Shown here: one piece after another, positions 59,825 to 64,000 of the stretch
Numbering within the stretch: position 1 is the first letter of the stretch
How the letters are laid out: every line of letters starts with the position of its first letter
Source of the DNA: Acidimicrobiales bacterium
GTDB taxonomy: Bacteria > Actinomycetota > Acidimicrobiia > Acidimicrobiales > Aldehydirespiratoraceae
Direction of reading: 5' to 3'
NCBI GenBank assembly: GCA_029246685.1
Contig: JAQWMR010000003.1
Location: 3,964 to 67,963, forward strand
DNA: 64,000 nucleotides
Program-made: the position numbers and the translations under genes
Notes under the pieces: generated by a model
Told to the model about the DNA's origin: nothing
What the model saw: only the letters and a program-made list of their open reading frames with translations
Database searches by the model: none

Positions 59825-60265
59825 CTAAAGGGCAGACGGCAGTTTCACCACCTCGGCTAGTTTGGGGTCGATCCCGCGCGAAATCCCGCGCGACATTGCC
59901 GCCATCGCGTTTGCGGCGCTTCGTTCGTTGCCGGGAACGGCCCACGAGTAGCGGGCGAGTGTGATGGCCGGTGTCTTGTGCCCGACCCGTGCCGATACCT
60001 CGGTGACCGGCTCGCCGGCGGCGAGAAGCCACGAGACGTGAGAGTGGCGCAGCCAGTGGAACGTGAACCCGTCGGGCAACCCAGCACGTCTCACGGCCGG
60101 TGCGAGTACGCGGGCTGCGAAGTGGGATCGGCGAAGCATCTTGTCGTTTTCAGACGTGAACAGTAGGCCCAACCCGGCACCGTGAACCCGGCGGGTCCAC
60201 GCGATGTGATCGCGGAGCGTATCGACGACGGCATCGTCGACCGTGATCTCCCGCCGCTCTCGCAG
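59825..60265 (-). pseudogene. Tyrosine integrase, C-terminal catalytic fragment
   Basis: LLFTS, FHWLRHS..SWLL.AG, VS.RVGH, IT..RYS; N-terminal domains and first catalytic Arg missing. Confidence 0.88.
59871..59893. repeat. Two 11-bp direct repeats ATCCCGCGCGA (candidate integrase arm-type sites)
   Basis: Copies at 59871-59881 and 59883-59893 at the integrase 3' end. Confidence 0.6.
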
Positions 60266-60268
60266 GCC

Positions 60269-60577
60269 ATGATCCGCCGATGACTCAAGGCCGACAAGCT
60301 CGAGGCAGCCGAGCGCACCGATGCGGGAGGGAGCATCCCTGCCGCGTCGCTCGTGGCTGAGGGCATCTGGTCCGGCACCACCGACGCCGACGACCAGGAC
60401 GACGACGCACCGCCCGCAGCAGCAACGCCAGACTTGGAAGCCGATCTGGTCGCTATGAGACACCGGGCCGAGCTAGCCGAACAGGACGTCGCCCGCCTGG
60501 AGCAGCACCTGGCCACGGCGACCACCGCAATGCGGATGCTGGAAGCCGGACCGCATCGCCGACGACGCCGGTTCCGA
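60269..60577 (+). pseudogene. Remnant of a plasmid/ICE-type HTH + coiled-coil protein
   Basis: IRR*LKADKLE.AERTDAG.SIPAASLVAEG ... RAELAE..VARLE.HL.....AMRMLEAG..RRRR; TGA at 60281-60283. Confidence 0.6.
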
Positions 60578-61636
60578 TCAGTCCACGAGCACGATTGCGC
60601 GGCCCGTCGTTCGCCGATGAGCCATGTCGTTGATCAGATTCGGAAGGTCGTCGAAGCCGACCGTCGAGCCGATCAGCGGTTTCACTGCGCCTGACCGGAC
60701 GAGTTCCACGATCTTCGCCATGATCTGCTCGCCGAGCGAAGTCGGCGACACGTTCCACCCGAGCGCCGTCTTCATCATGTCGATCATGTCGTCGCCCGCG
60801 TAGTTCAAGAGCACGCCGCAGAGCTTAAAGTTGCCGAGGGCGAGACGGCGGGGCACGACGAAGGGTTCGTCGGCGACGGCCTTGTTGGAGGCGAATCCCA
60901 TCATCACGTAGCGGCCGTTATACGCCGTGCAAGCCATGGACTTCTCCATCACTGCCTCGCCGACATTGTCGAACACGACGTCGACGCCACGGTTGCCGGT
61001 CTCAGCGAGGACCATCTCGGCGAAGTCGGCGTCATTGTAGTTGATCGCCACGTCGGCTCCGAGCGCAAGGCACTGAGCGACCTTCACGTCAGTCCCGGCT
61101 GTCGCGAAGACTCGAGCACCGGCGTTGGCGGCCAACTGCACGGCGGCTGACCCGGAGCCGCCGGCCGCCGCGTGGATGAGGACGCTCTCGCCGGCCTGGA
61201 GATCGGCTCGGTCGAAGAGGCCGAGCCACGCCAGATGGAACGGGAAGTAGAGCGCGGCCGCACCGGGAAGGGCAATGTCGTCGGGCATCTCGAAGACGGC
61301 CGCCGTGGAGCAGATCGCCTGCTCAGCGAACCCGCCGAAGGCGCGACGAGTGGTAGCGACCACTCGCTTCCCAGCCCAGGCCTCGGCATCGGGCCCGCAG
61401 GCGTCGACGATTCCCATGGCCTCCATGCCCGGGCTGTACGGGAACGCCGGCGGCGCCATCATGTTGCCGCCGGTGATGCGTTCGAGATCGTTGAGGTTGA
61501 GCGGGATGGCCTGCACCCGGACTCGCACCTCGTTGGCTTCCGGCTCGGGCACTTCCACCGTCTCGAGCTGGAGGACGTCGAGCGGGTCGCCGTATTCGTG
61601 GACTCGCCATGCCCGCATCGTTGCTGCGTCCGTCAC
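60578..61636 (-). CDS. NADPH:quinone oxidoreductase (zinc-independent MDR)
   Basis: PGMEAMG, GGFAEQ, HAAAGGSGSAAVQLA, GVDVVFDNVG, GFAS. Confidence 0.93.
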   Translation of the reverse strand: MTDAATMRAWRVHEYGDPLDVLQLETVEVPEPEANEVRVRVQAIPLNLNDLERITGGNMMAPPAFPYSPGMEAMGIVDACGPDAEAWAGKRVVATTRRAFGGFAEQAICSTAAVFEMPDDIALPGAAALYFPFHLAWLGLFDRADLQAGESVLIHAAAGGSGSAAVQLAANAGARVFATAGTDVKVAQCLALGADVAINYNDADFAEMVLAETGNRGVDVVFDNVGEAVMEKSMACTAYNGRYVMMGFASNKAVADEPFVVPRRLALGNFKLCGVLLNYAGDDMIDMMKTALGWNVSPTSLGEQIMAKIVELVRSGAVKPLIGSTVGFDDLPNLINDMAHRRTTGRAIVLVD

Positions 61637-61648
61637 CGTCTCTCCCCG

Positions 61649-62824
61649 TCACTCCTCGACCAGTCCGAAGTGGTCAATATAGGTCCGGAACTCCGACCTC
61701 ACGGTCGCAGGGTCGACGCCGAACTCCTCGGGCGAGTAGCGGTGGATGCCATGCTTGCCGGGCGGGTTGTCGTCAATGAAGAAGTTCATCGCGTCGGCGC
61801 CCTCGCCCGTCATCGGCAGGCCGAGCGCCTCGTAGATCTTCTCGACCTCGGTGAACTGATCGGCGATGAAGTCCGGGAAGTACATGTCATAGAAGATCGC
61901 ATCGGGGTACTCGCTGGCCTGGCGAATCTCGATACCCCGGAGCAGGACCCGGCGGAGCCGCTCGATCCAGTCACCGGCCACCTCGAGTGGATCCACATCG
62001 TCGCTGCCGACTCGCCGCACGATCGTGGTCAAGCTCGAGTACGACGTCATCGACTTCACGGGATCGCGGTGGGTGAACACGATCCGGGCGTCGGGGTACG
62101 TCTCCAACAGCCGATCTAGTCCCCACAGGTGCGCGCCGGTCTTGAGCACCCATCGATCACCCGCGTGGCGGGCCTGAAGATGTTGCAGTTGGCGGCGATG
62201 GAAGTCGTAGACCGGGCCGAAGTCCGCCTCGGTGTCGAGCCAGTCCTCGTAGCCGGGAACCCGGAATTGGTTGTGGAACAGAGGCGTACACATCGTCTCC
62301 CCCATCATCACCACACACTCCTGGGTGAGTTGCGGGCCCATCGGGTGGATGGCGTCGAACCCGGGAAGCTGCAGGTCGCGGTCGGGGAAGGTGGCCGCGC
62401 AGTCCGCGATCCGGGAGTCGGTCTTGAACGACGCCGTCTCCGGAGGCGGCGACGGGAACATCACCTCCCAGGTGAGCGGCGCGCGGCTCTGCGAGTCACA
62501 GGCGAGGATGTCGTGGAGGATCGTGGTGCCCGTGCGGGGCATGCCGATGATGAACACCGGCTTCTCAGTCGTCTGCTCGGCGATCTCGGGAAAGCGGCTG
62601 CGGTCGTCGACGTAGCGCAGCCGATTGACCGTGTGGAGCAACATGCGCTCGTTGCTGATCAGCCGGCCAATGTCGTTGAGCCGACCGTCGGCGGCGAGCG
62701 AGTCGACCAGTCGGCCCAGCGGCTCGACGAACGGGCCGTCGCCGAGATCTTCGAGCCCGCCGGCGCGCGCCGTGGCACCGCGCAATACGCCGTCGACACC
62801 GAGGGCCTCGATCTCGTGTCCCAT
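61649..62824 (-). CDS. Sulfotransferase (mycobacterial Stf-like, Sulfotransfer_3)
   Basis: PVFIIGMPRTGTT, WVLK, YPDARIVFTHRDP...S, HRYSPEEFG. Confidence 0.93.
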   Translation of the reverse strand: MGHEIEALGVDGVLRGATARAGGLEDLGDGPFVEPLGRLVDSLAADGRLNDIGRLISNERMLLHTVNRLRYVDDRSRFPEIAEQTTEKPVFIIGMPRTGTTILHDILACDSQSRAPLTWEVMFPSPPPETASFKTDSRIADCAATFPDRDLQLPGFDAIHPMGPQLTQECVVMMGETMCTPLFHNQFRVPGYEDWLDTEADFGPVYDFHRRQLQHLQARHAGDRWVLKTGAHLWGLDRLLETYPDARIVFTHRDPVKSMTSYSSLTTIVRRVGSDDVDPLEVAGDWIERLRRVLLRGIEIRQASEYPDAIFYDMYFPDFIADQFTEVEKIYEALGLPMTGEGADAMNFFIDDNPPGKHGIHRYSPEEFGVDPATVRSEFRTYIDHFGLVEE

Positions 62825-62970
62825 CCGGTCCCCCACCCCTCGTGGCCGTGGCGAAGTGTAGGACTCGACGCCAGGTGAGACGAAAGTACGACGTGTGGCC
62901 GGGATCCATCGCCGCGACGGCCCATGGCACAATGCAGCAGGCTCAGCTTCACCCGAAGGGTTCTCGGACC

Positions 62971-63048
62971 ATGGACGAGCTACCACCGATTCGCTACACG
63001 CTGGCAGGGGAGATCGGCTTCGCGTACCAAGTGGTGGGCGATGGACCG
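62971..63048 (+). pseudogene. N-terminal stub of an alpha/beta-hydrolase-cyclase (LipJ-like) gene
   Basis: MDELPPIRYT..GEI..AYQVVGDGP is the characteristic start; nothing further follows. Confidence 0.65.
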
Positions 63049-63063
63049 ACGACGCCGGGAGAA

Positions 63064-63192
63064 ATGGCGACAGTGCAAGATGCCCCGAGCGTTGCGTGGT
63101 TTCGGCGAGATCTGCGCTTAGCTGACAACCCGGCGTGGGATACAGCCACGGCCGCCCACCGCTCGGTCGTCGCATGCTTCGTGTGGGAACCC
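63064..63192 (+). pseudogene. N-terminal stub of DNA photolyase/cryptochrome
   Basis: VAWFRRDLRLADNPAW...VV.CFVWEP then abrupt loss of similarity. Confidence 0.8.
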
Positions 63193-63275
63193 GCGCCCAC
63201 AGGACCGGCCGGCGACAGCACCGCCCCCGCCACGAGGACGACAAAGACGGTGAATACGGACAGCAGGCGCCTCAT
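63192..63275 (-). pseudogene. Signal-peptide-only stub of a secreted protein
   Basis: MRRLLSVFTVFVVLVAGAVLSPAGPVGA, then the frame runs into antisense photolyase sequence. Confidence 0.55.
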
Positions 63276-63300
63276 GACCGCCGAACGTACCGCTTCACGG

Positions 63301-63822
63301 TCAACTGCTGTCGTCGCCCAGGATCCGCAGCGTCGACCCGCCCTCCACCGCGCCGAGAACGAGTGCGAGCACCTCGGCGGTCTCCCGTTCCAGTTCCGGA
63401 GGGCTGTGGGGGTCGCGCCACTGCAATCCGCTGAGTTCGGCTGTGGTGACCTGGAGGTCATCGGCGCTCTGACCGGATGTTAGTGAGACGCGAAAGACCG
63501 TCTCGAGGCGCCGATACTGCGGATCGAGCGCGACGAGTCCCGGCCCGGTTACCTCGACGGTGGCACCGATCTCCTCCGCCATCTCTCGCACGACGGTGGC
63601 GGCCGGCGACTCACCTCGGTCGACGAGGCCGCCGGGAAGCGTCCATCCGTCGCGATAAACGGGCTTCACGAAAAGCCAGCGGCCATCGGGCCGCTCGATG
63701 ACGGCGACCGAGCCCGCCGTCCAGGACGGTTGCAGGGTGCGGATCAGTAGTCGCCGGAACGGTTTGGGGAGCGTGCCGAACGCCCGGAAGACCAACCGCT
63801 TTGCGCCATCCGCCGCGCTCAT
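63301..63822 (-). CDS. NUDIX hydrolase
   Basis: Nudix box WTLPGGLVDRGESPAATVVREMAEEIG; ATGA overlap with upstream gene. Confidence 0.92.
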   Translation of the reverse strand: MSAADGAKRLVFRAFGTLPKPFRRLLIRTLQPSWTAGSVAVIERPDGRWLFVKPVYRDGWTLPGGLVDRGESPAATVVREMAEEIGATVEVTGPGLVALDPQYRRLETVFRVSLTSGQSADDLQVTTAELSGLQWRDPHSPPELERETAEVLALVLGAVEGGSTLRILGDDSS

Positions 63823-63998
63823 GCCTCCACCCGGATCGCGACCAACTCGGCCAGCAGCGCAGGCGGCGCGGCCACGGGCGCCCGCCGAGCCGTGTGGTCG
63901 ACGATGAACAAGTCGCGGCCGCCGGCATCGACGATCTCCACGCCGGCCTCCAGACAGACCAGCGCTGCGCCGGCGTAATCCCACACGCCGAGCCCGCC
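63819..63998 (-). CDS. Inositol monophosphatase family protein, C-terminal part (5' end outside window)
   Basis: GVWDYAGAALVCLEAG matches the IMPase WDxAA...EAG motif. Confidence 0.8.
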   Translation of the reverse strand, partial: GGLGVWDYAGAALVCLEAGVEIVDAGGRDLFIVDHTARRAPVAAPPALLAELVAIRVEA

Positions 63999-64000
63999 GT

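Noticed and set aside
1-64000. CRISPR array, rRNA, riboswitch, intact IS/prophage or defence system
   Set aside because: No repeat-spacer array, transposase, phage structural or defence motifs recognised by eye; a covariance-model scan was not possible

Overview
High-GC actinobacterial chromosome segment; gene content suggests class Acidimicrobiia, probably marine or host-associated (inference). It is mostly lipid/xenobiotic catabolism and transport: a MacAB-like ABC exporter, cspA, BCCP-carboxyltransferase, acyl-CoA dehydrogenase and ligases, F420-dependent enzymes, three P450s (one CYP153-like), a Rieske oxygenase with TetR, haloalkane dehalogenase, GST, SDRs, an ICL2-type isocitrate lyase, two sulfotransferases and a sulfatase cluster next to tRNA-Val(TAC). 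No rRNA, CRISPR or intact transposase seen. Best leads: (1) an 8,030-bp sulfatase module bounded by the tRNA-Val 3' end and a degenerate copy of it, each preceded by a covarying hairpin (att-like pair, no intact recombinase inside); (2) a Liv-type ABC operon whose two ATPases are fused behind a full MFS permease; (3) a eukaryote-type protein-arginine-methyltransferase-like gene followed by a small Lys/Arg-rich ORF; (4) a sulfotransferase switched off by a 7-bp tandem repeat; (5) many gene stubs joined at sharp deletion junctions. All functional calls come from motif recognition by eye; no searches were run.
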